Assembly (NCBI GenBank): GCA_031285625.1
Contig: JAITVV010000092.1
Coordinates: 64,001 to 128,000, forward strand
From: Prevotella sp.
GTDB taxonomy: Bacteria; Bacteroidota; Bacteroidia; Bacteroidales; Dysgonomonadaceae
Direction of reading: 5' to 3'
DNA: 64,000 bases
A program made the translations under genes and the position numbers. How positions within the stretch are numbered: position 1 is the stretch's first letter; each line of letters begins with the position of its first letter. The notes beneath the pieces are model-generated. The model was given only the letters and a program-made list of their open reading frames with translations. It was not told the DNA's origin and made no database searches. Below, in pieces: positions 10,122 to 20,320 of the stretch.

Positions 10122-12140
10122 TTATCTGAAAGTATAATTAATGCCCCCCATCAACCAAAAACCGGCCTGTGGAATATTACCCCTATCGAAATAATGGGTA
10201 TCATAAAGGTTATTCATACTTAAATTGAATAAGATGTCCTTATATCTATAATTCAGTTTAAGGTCAAGAGTCGTAAATGAAGGATATGGTTCATTACCCA
10301 CTTTCTCCCGATTTTCGTATTTCTCATATACTCCCATCCTTTTCTGAAAACGAAAATACCATCCTGCTGAGAATCCCTTATATATCTCATGATGAAATTG
10401 TACCGTAAATTTATCTCGCAAATAATTAAGGCTATACAGTGAAACAAAATCCAGCGTATTACTCGACTGATGCATACGGGCATAGTCCAAAGAGAGCGAG
10501 GCCTGCTGACCTAAAGCAGGGAGAAGGTCTCCTAAACGAAATTTCACACCCATTTCCACTCCTTTTGTGTCTATCTTGGTCATGTTCCATGAAGCCCATT
10601 TATCATCTACTTTCACCCAGTCTATCATATCTCTTCCCCATAGAAGAAATCCGGTAAGATATGCACTGAAAAAAGAATTATTATACTTTAGATTAAGATC
10701 TAAAGACTCTGATTTCTCGGGTTTCAGTCCACTATTTCCATTATGTGTTTCTGTAGTATAATACAGGTCTGTAAAAGTCGGCATACGCGTCGATTTACTC
10801 CATGATGCCGATATATTAAATTTATCAACAGGACGGTAACTAACACTCATTGTTGGGTAAAATTTATATTTACCACTCAATAATGTATTATGATTCATTA
10901 GTACCCCCGCTGATATAACTACTTTTTCTAAATTCAATGTATGCTCCAATGCCACACTGGTATTGGTGCGGTCATCATACATTTTATATTTCCGGTGAGG
11001 TTCTACCATTGGTTTGCCCAGTACCGTACTCATTATATCTTCTCTTCGGATTTCACTCCCCAGGCTTGTTGTACCCAGTTTCCATTTATACATAAAAATC
11101 AGGTTTGCACCATATGTATCATTACGATGAAAATTACGCCCGAAGTCGGTATCTTTAACCAGATCAAACTGATCATGATGCCTGTTCCAGTAAACAATTG
11201 GAATAACTTTAAAATCTGAACCGAATTCACCTTTCAGTGATCCCATATAAGTACTGGTGTGATCGTACTGATTCGGATATTTAGCTGAATAAAAAGTATT
11301 AGCCCCATACTTTTTATCGTTATAACCCAATTGAAGGTCGACTTTAGATGCGTCCTTCACTCTGAAACGGGTCTGCCAAAGCACATTATAAAGGTCATAA
11401 TCACTATTTGCGATATACCCTGATGAAGAACTATATCCCACAGATAAGCTACTTGTAGCAATACCGGTTTTGGCAACGCCACGCACTTCCATGCCGCGTA
11501 GTTTATGCATGCCTGCTTCCACGCTTGCATAAGCTTTATAATCTGCATTTTTTTTAGTAATAATATTGATTCCCCCTGAAAAAGCACTGGCACCATATAT
11601 AAGGGCTGATGGGCCGTGAATGATTTCGATACGTTCAATGTCGGAAAGATTGATGGGAATGTCGAAGCTGTAGTGTCCTGTCTGGGCATTGGAGATATTA
11701 ACTCCGTTTAATAGGACTGCGTTTTGATCGAATGTGCCGCCTCTGATCGAAATGTCGGCTTGTACACCATGTCCGCCTCGTTGGATTACATCTATGTTAG
11801 CGGCGTAAACTAACAAATCCTGAATACTCTGGACGGGTGCCTGCTCTATCTGCTCTTTGGTGATTACCGTCACAAGCTTTGCTGTCTGATTGATCGGAGT
11901 CTCTACCCTCGATGCCGTAACCATGACTTCATCCAGCTCTTTCTCCATTACTTTTTGTTGTTGCTCGTTACTAGCTGTCGTTTGTGCAGAAACGGTGGAT
12001 ACATGCAAAAATGTAAGTGCACACCCTGTTACAACGCCAATGTTCACAAGCCTGTGCATACTGTTAAATGCACTGTAAGCCTTTCGCAAAAATCTTTTGA
12101 AGCGATAAGCTTGTTGTTGATTCGAATGCTTTTGATTCAT
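10122..12140 (-). CDS. TonB-dependent receptor with extended N-terminal leader
   Basis: LDEVMVTASR TonB box, QADISIRGG plug, IERIEIIHGPSALIYG, C-terminal aromatic beta-strand GINYTFR. Confidence 0.9.
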   Translation of the reverse strand: MNQKHSNQQQAYRFKRFLRKAYSAFNSMHRLVNIGVVTGCALTFLHVSTVSAQTTASNEQQQKVMEKELDEVMVTASRVETPINQTAKLVTVITKEQIEQAPVQSIQDLLVYAANIDVIQRGGHGVQADISIRGGTFDQNAVLLNGVNISNAQTGHYSFDIPINLSDIERIEIIHGPSALIYGASAFSGGINIITKKNADYKAYASVEAGMHKLRGMEVRGVAKTGIATSSLSVGYSSSSGYIANSDYDLYNVLWQTRFRVKDASKVDLQLGYNDKKYGANTFYSAKYPNQYDHTSTYMGSLKGEFGSDFKVIPIVYWNRHHDQFDLVKDTDFGRNFHRNDTYGANLIFMYKWKLGTTSLGSEIRREDIMSTVLGKPMVEPHRKYKMYDDRTNTSVALEHTLNLEKVVISAGVLMNHNTLLSGKYKFYPTMSVSYRPVDKFNISASWSKSTRMPTFTDLYYTTETHNGNSGLKPEKSESLDLNLKYNNSFFSAYLTGFLLWGRDMIDWVKVDDKWASWNMTKIDTKGVEMGVKFRLGDLLPALGQQASLSLDYARMHQSSNTLDFVSLYSLNYLRDKFTVQFHHEIYKGFSAGWYFRFQKRMGVYEKYENREKVGNEPYPSFTTLDLKLNYRYKDILFNLSMNNLYDTHYFDRGNIPQAGFWLMGGINYTFR

Positions 12141-12176
12141 TTTTAGTTAATTTGTTAATAAAATAAAATGTCGCCA

Positions 12177-12184
12177 CAAAAGTA
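12177..12184 (-). promoter_or_regulatory. -7 promoter element TACTTTTG embedded in an 8-bp inverted repeat (TCGCCACA/TGTGGCGA)
   Basis: Reverse complement of CAAAAGTA; IR arms at 12171-12178 and 12195-12202. Confidence 0.5.
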
Positions 12185-12227
12185 TAAAAACTGATGTGGC
12201 GAACAATATAAAACGAGCTTTATTTTA

Positions 12228-12998
12228 TTATTTCAATGATTCAAAATCATCTTTTGCCGGTATCCGTTTTTCTTTGAGCACTTCCATAAAAATTTCTTCG
12301 GCTTCTTCTGCTTGATCATCTTCCAAGCCCATAGCTTCACAAAGAAACAGTTCAAACATTTCCTCAATAGCACCGTTCCCTTCTGTTTCTTCCCACGCAG
12401 CCAGTTCTTTCAGATAGTTGTTCAGATTGTTTCCTTCATTCAGATATGTGGTTATTTCATTTACGTCATCATATGTAAAATTATCCCCTCTGTGTTGGCT
12501 GTTTGCAAAAAATAAAGCAATCAATACAGGAACAGTTTTTTCACAATATCCCATTTTATTCAATATCTCCCAAACTCCAAAGAATGCAAAAGGATCGGCT
12601 TCATGATCCAAATCCCTGGTCGCCAAATGACGTGCGAAAAGCAGAATATCCCCATCCTCTTGACTGGCCATCGCCAATTGCCCCGCAAAGAAAGAGCCGG
12701 CAGACCATTCGCTGTCAACATCAATAGGGCCATTCCAATATTTGTTATTTATACTGGTAATCCCTTCAATTATCTGACGTATTACAGGATATAGCTCAGG
12801 ATATTGAACTGCATCTATAGCAAGGGTATCTTCTATATTCATTCCTTTCCCATTTTCAAAATAGTCTTCCAGTTCATCTTGCCATAAAAGATCACTATAC
12901 CAGTTATCTTCCTCATAGTCTTCTTGGGTAGCTTTCTTTATAGTTTCGTAAATTCTGTTGAGTGTTTGCTCAAGTGTGTGTTTTGTAAGGTTAGTCAT
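12228..12998 (-). CDS. Hypothetical highly acidic protein
   Basis: 256 aa ORF, D/E-rich, no recognised motif. Confidence 0.7.
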   Translation of the reverse strand: MTNLTKHTLEQTLNRIYETIKKATQEDYEEDNWYSDLLWQDELEDYFENGKGMNIEDTLAIDAVQYPELYPVIRQIIEGITSINNKYWNGPIDVDSEWSAGSFFAGQLAMASQEDGDILLFARHLATRDLDHEADPFAFFGVWEILNKMGYCEKTVPVLIALFFANSQHRGDNFTYDDVNEITTYLNEGNNLNNYLKELAAWEETEGNGAIEEMFELFLCEAMGLEDDQAEEAEEIFMEVLKEKRIPAKDDFESLK

Positions 12999-13236
12999 AA
13001 GTTTATTATTTAGAATAGATTAGAAATCAAATATAAAAACTTTATAATCCTATCAGACTGAATATTGAAAGTTTTTATCTCATTGACACATTGTATAAAA
13101 TATTTCTATTATATTTACTACCCCGAACAGGTATTAAAAAGTATAAAAATAATGTTTGAACCTTACAAAATACTCCCTTCTCTTAATACGAAAGAACAAT
13201 CCCATTAAAATCAACTAAAAAACAATCTATATAATA

Positions 13237-14775
13237 ATGAAGAAATCTTACGAACAATTTATTGCCCGTCAGGAGCTTCTGAAGAAACAATATGACGATA
13301 CATATTATCAGAAACAACACCAACGAGGCAAATTAACCGCGCGTGAACGCATCTTATTACTCTTCGACGAAGGTACATTTGAAGAAACGGATGCTTATGC
13401 TCCGCCCGCAACAGCATCATTCGGGAAAACAGTAAAAGCCTTTGGCGATGGAGTAATCACCGGATTTGGAAAGGTAAACGGACGACTGGTATATGCCTAC
13501 TCTCAGGATTTTAATGTATTGGGTGGTTCACTGGGTGCCACCCATGCCGCTAAAATAGCCAAAATACAAGGTATGGCACTTAAAACCGGTTCACCGATGG
13601 TGGGACTTATCGACTCGGGTGGCGCACGCATACAAGAAGGAATCAGCAGTCTCGACGGATATGCCAGTATATTCAGGCAAAATATATTATCATCCGGTGT
13701 GATTCCTCAAATATCCGTGATCATGGGACCGGCAGCCGGAGGAGCAGTATACTCCCCTGCCCTCACCGACTTTATCTTTATGACAGCCGATACAAGCTAT
13801 ATGTTTGTTACCGGCCCTAATGTAGTAAAGGAAGTTCTGAATGAAACCGTATCAACGGAAGATCTGGGAGGCGCCTCAGTACATGCAACAAAATCAGGAG
13901 TAGCAGATTTCGTTTACAGTGATGATGAGAATACGCTGTTAGGTGTTAAAAAATTATTATCATATCTGCCATCAAACAATTTGGAAAATCCGCCTCTTAC
14001 CGAACCTGCAATACCAACCAGAGAAGATGAGCAATTGAGAAATATTGTTCCCGAAGACCCGGATAAACCATATAATGTAAAAGATATTGTAAGCCTGATA
14101 GTAGACAATGGAAATTTCCTCGAAGTTTCTGAAAATCATGCAGCGAATATATTCACTGCTTTTGCCCGTATCGACGGACAGGTAGTTGGTATTGTAGCCA
14201 ATCAACCAAAAGTAATGGCAGGTACACTTGATACTCATTCATCGGTAAAGGGGGCACGCTTTATCAATATATGCGATGCTTTCAATATACCAATTGTAAC
14301 ACTGGTAGATGTTCCGGGATTTCTTCCGGGTACAGACCAGGAACATGAAGGGATTATCCGTCATGGAGCTAAATTATTGTATGCTTATACTTATGCCACT
14401 GTACCTAAAATAACAGTCATATTACGCAAAGCCTATGGAGGTGCATATATAGTAATGAACAGCAAAGGCATTGGCGGCGACTTTAGTTTTGCATGGCCTA
14501 CTGCCGAGATTGCTGTGATGGGGCCCGACGGAGCTATCGCAATACTCTACCGAAAAGAATTGAGCGAAGCGGAAGATCCTGTAATACTGAAAAAGGAGTT
14601 AACAGACAAATACCGTGAAGAAGTAACAAATCCATATATAGCTGATGAAAAAGGCTATATAGACGAAGTAATCGATCCGGCACTCACCAAGCAGAAAATC
14701 GCTTCGAGCCTGAAAGCCCTGCAACGTAAGATTGAACTCAGACCAAAACGTAAACATGGTAATCTACCTTTGTAA
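13237..14775 (+). CDS. Acyl-CoA carboxylase carboxyltransferase subunit (PccB/MmdA-like)
   Basis: GKLTARERI, DSGGARIQEG, GPAAGGAVYSPALTD, DVPGFLPG, RKAYGGAY, KHGNLPL. Confidence 0.95.
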   Translation: MKKSYEQFIARQELLKKQYDDTYYQKQHQRGKLTARERILLLFDEGTFEETDAYAPPATASFGKTVKAFGDGVITGFGKVNGRLVYAYSQDFNVLGGSLGATHAAKIAKIQGMALKTGSPMVGLIDSGGARIQEGISSLDGYASIFRQNILSSGVIPQISVIMGPAAGGAVYSPALTDFIFMTADTSYMFVTGPNVVKEVLNETVSTEDLGGASVHATKSGVADFVYSDDENTLLGVKKLLSYLPSNNLENPPLTEPAIPTREDEQLRNIVPEDPDKPYNVKDIVSLIVDNGNFLEVSENHAANIFTAFARIDGQVVGIVANQPKVMAGTLDTHSSVKGARFINICDAFNIPIVTLVDVPGFLPGTDQEHEGIIRHGAKLLYAYTYATVPKITVILRKAYGGAYIVMNSKGIGGDFSFAWPTAEIAVMGPDGAIAILYRKELSEAEDPVILKKELTDKYREEVTNPYIADEKGYIDEVIDPALTKQKIASSLKALQRKIELRPKRKHGNLPL

Positions 14776-14792
14776 CACTAAAACAGTATCTG

Positions 14793-16295
14793 ATGAAACA
14801 TAAAAATAAAATAAAATCGATCCTCATAGCCAATCGTGGGGAGATTGCCATCAGGATAGCACAAACAGCTAAAAAGATGGGAATAGAATCAGTAGGAATA
14901 CGCACATCCAAAGAGCCAAATGCCTATTATCTGACTCAGGTAGACCGGATTCTTAACTTTCCGGAAAGAGAAATCAATGATACTCCAGAATTTTTAGATA
15001 TAGAATGCCTTGTTCTATTAGCCAGCAGGAATAAGATTGATGCCATTCATCCGGGATACGGATATCTGTCGGAAAATGCCCAGTTTGCAACCCGCTGTAC
15101 AGAAGAAGGAATTATCTTTATTGGCCCCTCTCCCCGTATTATTCAAAACATGGGTGATAAAATCACTGCTAAAAACATTGCCGCAAAAGGTAAGGTTCCT
15201 ATGCTCGGAGGTAGCGGTGGTAGTGTAGATACACTGGATGAAGCACTGGAAATAGCTAAAAACATAGGGTTTCCCATCATAATAAAAGCTTCAGCAGGAG
15301 GCGGTGGACGTGGTATGCGTATTGTACGTAAACAATCGGAACTCAAGCAAATGTATCTGTCGGCAGCTTCCGAAGCATTAGCAGCATTCAATAATCCATC
15401 TGTTTTTATCGAAAAATATCTGGAAAACCCCAAGCATATCGAAATACAGATTGTTGCAGATTCTCACGGAAATATAATTCATTTGGGAGAGCGGGAATGT
15501 TCTGTTCAACGCAAACATCAGAAACTGCTTGAAGAAGCTCCTTCACCAGCCCTGGACGAAGAATTACGCAAGAGGATGACAGATGCTGCAATTTCTCTGG
15601 CCAGGGAAGCCAAATACTTGAGCCTTGGTACTGTAGAGTTTTTGTTGGATAAGGATAAGAACTTTTACTTCATGGAAATGAATACACGAGTTCAGGTTGA
15701 ACATCCCGTTACAGAGATGATAACAGGACTTGATCTGATCGAATTACAGATACGTATTGCTAATGGGGAAAAACTACCTATCACACAAGATGATATAAAA
15801 CTTACAGGCTGGGCAATTGAGTGCCGTATCAATGCAGAAGATGTGCAGGCAAATTTCTCTCCTTGTACCGGTATTATCAAAGCATTACGCCTACCTAAAG
15901 GCAGTAATACAAGAATAGACAAAGGAGTGATAGTCGGTTCTGAAATCACACCATTCTTTGATTCGATGATTGCAAAATTGATTATTCATGGAAAAGACCG
16001 GGATACAACTATTGCCAGAACAATAAAAGCGCTGAATAAATTCCATATAAAAGGGATTAAAACAACAATACCTTTCGATAAAGCTGTATTGCATAACAAA
16101 ACATTCCAAAAGGGTGATTATAATACCTCCTTTATTGAAAAGCAATTAGACTCTCTGGTATATCGTGAAAAAGATGAAGACCTGTTCGCTGCCTTATTTT
16201 CAGCTAACCAGTTCAGAAAACAAAATCAGAACGTGGTAGAGAAAAAAGAAGAAATAGACAACTGGTCTCTGAGAAACAGGATTAATAATCTGTAA
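14793..16295 (+). CDS. accC: Biotin carboxylase subunit
   Basis: ILIANRGEIA, IHPGYGYLSEN, KASAGGGGRGMR, ERECSVQRKHQK, EMNTRVQVEHPVTE. Confidence 0.93.
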   Translation: MKHKNKIKSILIANRGEIAIRIAQTAKKMGIESVGIRTSKEPNAYYLTQVDRILNFPEREINDTPEFLDIECLVLLASRNKIDAIHPGYGYLSENAQFATRCTEEGIIFIGPSPRIIQNMGDKITAKNIAAKGKVPMLGGSGGSVDTLDEALEIAKNIGFPIIIKASAGGGGRGMRIVRKQSELKQMYLSAASEALAAFNNPSVFIEKYLENPKHIEIQIVADSHGNIIHLGERECSVQRKHQKLLEEAPSPALDEELRKRMTDAAISLAREAKYLSLGTVEFLLDKDKNFYFMEMNTRVQVEHPVTEMITGLDLIELQIRIANGEKLPITQDDIKLTGWAIECRINAEDVQANFSPCTGIIKALRLPKGSNTRIDKGVIVGSEITPFFDSMIAKLIIHGKDRDTTIARTIKALNKFHIKGIKTTIPFDKAVLHNKTFQKGDYNTSFIEKQLDSLVYREKDEDLFAALFSANQFRKQNQNVVEKKEEIDNWSLRNRINNL

Positions 16296-16306
16296 TATCC
16301 ACAAGT

Positions 16307-16837
16307 ATGAGAAATAAACAAGATAAACCTATTATAGCTCTTGACAAGAACTCAAATAATGCATTTGAATTCTTAGTAGACGACAATAACCGATATACAT
16401 ATACTTCGAAAGAACTGAACTTCGAAATTGAAACTACCCTTGACGGCTTTACTGTTATGACTGTAAATGGTATCACCTATCCTGTAGAGATCATATCCCA
16501 ACACCAGAATGAGTATGAACTGCTTGTAAATGGGGTTAGCTATCTTTTTTCGATAGAATCACCATTTTCGCTACAGCGCAAAAAATTATTATTAACATTG
16601 TCAAGCGAGTCCAGTACAATACGTCTGAAAGCTCCTATGCCGGGCAAAATACTCGATGTATTGGTAAAAACAGGAGATGCTGTAAAAGTGGGTGATACAC
16701 TGCTTATATTGGAAGCTATGAAAATGCAGAATGCGATTCTGGCCAGTACAAAAGGTATCATAAAGAAAGTATTAGTTAAAAAAGGTGATACCACAAGCAA
16801 GAGTGACTTATTGATTGAATTGGAAAAAGAAGTATAA
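16307..16837 (+). CDS. Biotin carboxyl carrier protein
   Basis: KAPMPGKI and biotinylation motif LEAMKMQN. Confidence 0.93.
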   Translation: MRNKQDKPIIALDKNSNNAFEFLVDDNNRYTYTSKELNFEIETTLDGFTVMTVNGITYPVEIISQHQNEYELLVNGVSYLFSIESPFSLQRKKLLLTLSSESSTIRLKAPMPGKILDVLVKTGDAVKVGDTLLILEAMKMQNAILASTKGIIKKVLVKKGDTTSKSDLLIELEKEV

Positions 16838-16850
16838 AAATAGTATCGTT

Positions 16851-17560
16851 ATGAGACTCTTTATAATAATAAATTTGCTTTTATCATTGGCTTTAATATC
16901 TTGCCAAAAGAAACAGCTAAGTCAAGACGATTATCAATCAAATTCAACAATGATTGGTGTAGCTGTATGGAAAATGAATCAAAAGATAAAACACCGGAAG
17001 TTATCATTTCACAAATTTCGGTTAACTGTATTCAAAGTGTAATGCTGCAATATACGCAAGATGAACAATTATATGATGATATTCGCGCACTTGTAGCAGC
17101 AAAAGGTTATGATGATACTTTGTCGGATTATGAAAAAGAGAAGTTATTCGGCAAAGAACTTGGGAAAATTTTAATAACAAACGCTGTCGATAATTGCATT
17201 GCATATCGCCATGCTTTAGTACAATATAAAAAAGATTATATTGAAAAAGCAAAAAAAGAAATGGACCCGGAAGACAAAACCGGAACAGACGAATTGATAA
17301 ATAATATGCAATCGCATCTGGATGGAATTGATGCAGGCCAAACAAATAACCCTCAAATAAAGAAACGGGTCAGTGCTTATTATGCATTATTAGGACTGTT
17401 ATATGAATATGCAGGTAAAGAGATTCCTGCAATTGAACAGTATGATAAAGCTATATTAATCGATCCGGAGAATTCCAATGCAATTGCATTCAAAAAATTA
17501 CTGGTAAGGTATAAAAATGATGAGCAGGACCTTTCATCTCATCGAATTCATAATGATTAA
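16851..17560 (+). pseudogene. Frameshifted lipoprotein with C-terminal TPR (one base missing near 16936; pseudogene or sequencing error)
   Basis: Lipoprotein signal MRLFIIINLLLSLALISC from ATG 16851 is in a different frame from the long ORF ending 17560 (AIEQYDKAILIDPEN TPR); adding one A in TATCAATCAAA joins them. Confidence 0.7.
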
Positions 17561-17610
17561 CTTTGCTGTAATTAACGCCCAAAAGGCTTCTAAAAACAAT
17601 ATTTTATAAT

Positions 17611-18534
17611 ATGAAAAAGATATTATTCGGGTTAGCGTTTTTTTGCTTATGCCCGTTTATTTTTGCCCAAACACTCAATGTTGCAACTTATAACGTAAGA
17701 AATGATAACCAAGGTGATGCTAAACAAGGGAATGGATGGATACAGAGATGCCCTGTGATAGCCAATCTTATTACTTATAATGACTTTGATATATGGGGCT
17801 CACAGGAAGTAAAGCATAACCAGTTGCTTGACCTACTCGATGCATTACCACAATATAGCTATGTAGGAGTAGGCAGAGACGACGGAAAAACAGTTGGAGA
17901 ATATGCTCCTATCTTTTTCAAGAAAGATAAATATAAAGTATTGAAATCGGGGCATTTCTGGATGGCTGAGAAAACAGATGAACCGAACAAAGGATGGGAT
18001 GCTGCACTTCCACGGATTTGTACATGGGTACAACTAAAAGAGAAAAAAGGAAAACTTAAATTCTGGTTTTTCAATCTCCATATGGACCATGTCGGTGTGC
18101 TCGCACGTAGAGAAAGCGCTAAACTGGTATTGGAAAAAATAAAAGAAATGTGTGGAAAAGATCCCGTTATTTTAACTGGAGATTTCAATGTAGACCAACA
18201 TCATCAGAGCTATACGCTGCTAAGTACATCCGGTATCCTCACCGATTCGTATGAAAGGGCAGATGTACGCTATGCCCTGAATGGCACATTTAATGCATTT
18301 AAGCCTGACCTGCTGACAAACAGCCGCATAGATCACATATTTGTAAGTCCAAGTTTATATGTTGAACGTTATGGTGTATTGACCGATACCTACCGTACAC
18401 CGCGCGATGGGGAAAATAATATTAAAGCCGGAGACTTTCCTAAAGAATATTCTTTTGAAGGTTGTGATATTCGCCTTCCTTCAGACCATTTTCCTGTATG
18501 TGTAAAACTTGTATACAAGAAGAAGAAAAAATAA
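17611..18534 (+). CDS. Secreted endonuclease/exonuclease/phosphatase-family protein
   Basis: ATYNVR, GSQE, ILTGDFN, RIDHIF, SDHFPV motifs; signal peptide. Confidence 0.92.
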   Translation: MKKILFGLAFFCLCPFIFAQTLNVATYNVRNDNQGDAKQGNGWIQRCPVIANLITYNDFDIWGSQEVKHNQLLDLLDALPQYSYVGVGRDDGKTVGEYAPIFFKKDKYKVLKSGHFWMAEKTDEPNKGWDAALPRICTWVQLKEKKGKLKFWFFNLHMDHVGVLARRESAKLVLEKIKEMCGKDPVILTGDFNVDQHHQSYTLLSTSGILTDSYERADVRYALNGTFNAFKPDLLTNSRIDHIFVSPSLYVERYGVLTDTYRTPRDGENNIKAGDFPKEYSFEGCDIRLPSDHFPVCVKLVYKKKKK

Positions 18535-18670
18535 TCAAATCATAAAAATCATTTTTTGAGTGGAAATAATCGTTCTTCGGTTATTTATTTTGTAATTTTG
18601 CACCGTGAAAAATAAGGTGTCTAGAAATCAACTTTATACAATATATTAAATCATACTTTTTAAAAAAAAC

Positions 18671-20161
18671 ATGGCTTTAAAATTTATGACTGCTGAAGAG
18701 GCAGCCTCACTAATCAACAACAACAATAATGTTGGATTCAGTGGTTTCACACATGCGGGATGCCCTAAAGTAGTCCCTGGTTTTATTGCAAAACGCGCAG
18801 AAGAAGAACATGCTAAAGGTAATCCGTTTAAGATAAACGTATTTACAGGAGCATCTACCGGTGATAAACTGGATGGCGTATTAACAAGAGCCCACGCAAT
18901 CAATTTCCGCGCTCCTTACCAAACTAACAAGAGCATGCGCGAAGCTATCAACAACGGAGAGGTTAAATTCTGTGATTTGCATCTTTCCACAATGGCTCAG
19001 GATATTCGTTACGGATTTTACGGCGATATTGATGTTGCTGTTATCGAAGCATGTGATGTAACCGAAAGCGGGGAAATCGTTCCTACCTGTGGTGTTGGAA
19101 TCTCGCCTACAGTAGCACGTTTGGCTAAAACAGTAATTGTAGAGCTAAACAGATGGAATCCGAAAGAAATGCGGGGTATGCATGATACATTGGAGCCTCA
19201 GGATCCGACACATCGCAAAGATATGCCTGTATACAATGTAAAAGACAGAGTAGGTTCAGACTGCATAAAAGTTGATCCGAGCAAAATAATAGTTGTAGAA
19301 ACAAACGAACCTAACGAAGGTGGTGGCTTTGCTCCTGTTGATGAAGTAACAGCCAAGATTGGTGAAAATGTAGCTAAATTTTTCGTTCAGGAAATGGCTG
19401 CGGGCCGTATGCCCAAGACGTTTCTGCCTGTTCAGTCGGGTGTAGGTAATATTGCCAATGCTGTACTTGCCGCTATGGGAGACAGTAAAGAAATTCCTGA
19501 TTTTGAAGTTTACACAGAAGTAATTCAGGATGCTGTTATTGGGTTAATGGAATCAGGCCGTGTAAAATTTGCCAGTGGTTGCTCATTAACTGTAAGTAAT
19601 CCATGTATCGAACATATATACCAAAACCTAGACTTCTTTAAAGAAAGAATCGTTCTGCGCCCGTCAGAATATTCAAACAATCCTGAAATTGTCCGTCGTC
19701 TGGGTGTTATCGCTATTAATACGGCTATCGAAGCTGATATCTATGGTAATATCAACTCTACTCATGTAATGGGTACCAAGATGATGAATGGTATTGGAGG
19801 TTCCGGAGATTTTACACGCAGTGCCTATCTTTCAATATTTGTGACTCCTTCTGTTGCTAAAGACGGTAAGATCAGTTCTATCGTTCCATTAGTATCGCAT
19901 GAGGATCATAGTGAGCATTCTGTAAAAATCATTATTTCGGAATACGGTGTAGCTGACCTTCGAGGAAAATGCCCTGAAGACAGAGCTCAGGAAATAATAA
20001 ATAAATGTGCTCATCCTGATTATCGTCCTCTATTGCAGGAATACATAAAAAATGCGCCTAAAGGACAAACACATTTTGATATGTATAATGCATTTGCTTT
20101 CCACAAAGCATTCCAGGAAACAGGCGATATGCACAACGTGAAATGGGAGAAGAGACCATAA
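18671..20161 (+). CDS. Acetyl-CoA hydrolase / succinate CoA-transferase
   Basis: GFSGFT, QSGVGNIANAV, YTEVIQD, MMNGIGGSGDF, GVADLRG; TAATTTTG promoter element at 18593-18600. Confidence 0.93.
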   Translation: MALKFMTAEEAASLINNNNNVGFSGFTHAGCPKVVPGFIAKRAEEEHAKGNPFKINVFTGASTGDKLDGVLTRAHAINFRAPYQTNKSMREAINNGEVKFCDLHLSTMAQDIRYGFYGDIDVAVIEACDVTESGEIVPTCGVGISPTVARLAKTVIVELNRWNPKEMRGMHDTLEPQDPTHRKDMPVYNVKDRVGSDCIKVDPSKIIVVETNEPNEGGGFAPVDEVTAKIGENVAKFFVQEMAAGRMPKTFLPVQSGVGNIANAVLAAMGDSKEIPDFEVYTEVIQDAVIGLMESGRVKFASGCSLTVSNPCIEHIYQNLDFFKERIVLRPSEYSNNPEIVRRLGVIAINTAIEADIYGNINSTHVMGTKMMNGIGGSGDFTRSAYLSIFVTPSVAKDGKISSIVPLVSHEDHSEHSVKIIISEYGVADLRGKCPEDRAQEIINKCAHPDYRPLLQEYIKNAPKGQTHFDMYNAFAFHKAFQETGDMHNVKWEKRP

Positions 20162-20185
20162 GAAACTAATAATTTACTAAATAAT

Positions 20186-20220
20186 AAAAAGCCTTTCAAT
20201 ATTTGATTGAAAGGCTTTTT
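20186..20220. terminator. Bidirectional intrinsic terminator
   Basis: AAAAAGCCTTTCAAT...ATTGAAAGGCTTTTT between convergent genes. Confidence 0.85.
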
Positions 20221-20320
20221 ATTTATAATTGAATCGCATTAAACTAAGTTTGAGTATAGTTATAACCTGTCAATACAGTTTTGAATAAATTATAGCTTAT
20301 CAAAAGTAATATTTACAAGT

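Noticed and set aside
16901-17560. Stand-alone 219 aa gene starting at TTG 16901
   Set aside because: Better explained as the out-of-frame body of the lipoprotein starting at ATG 16851
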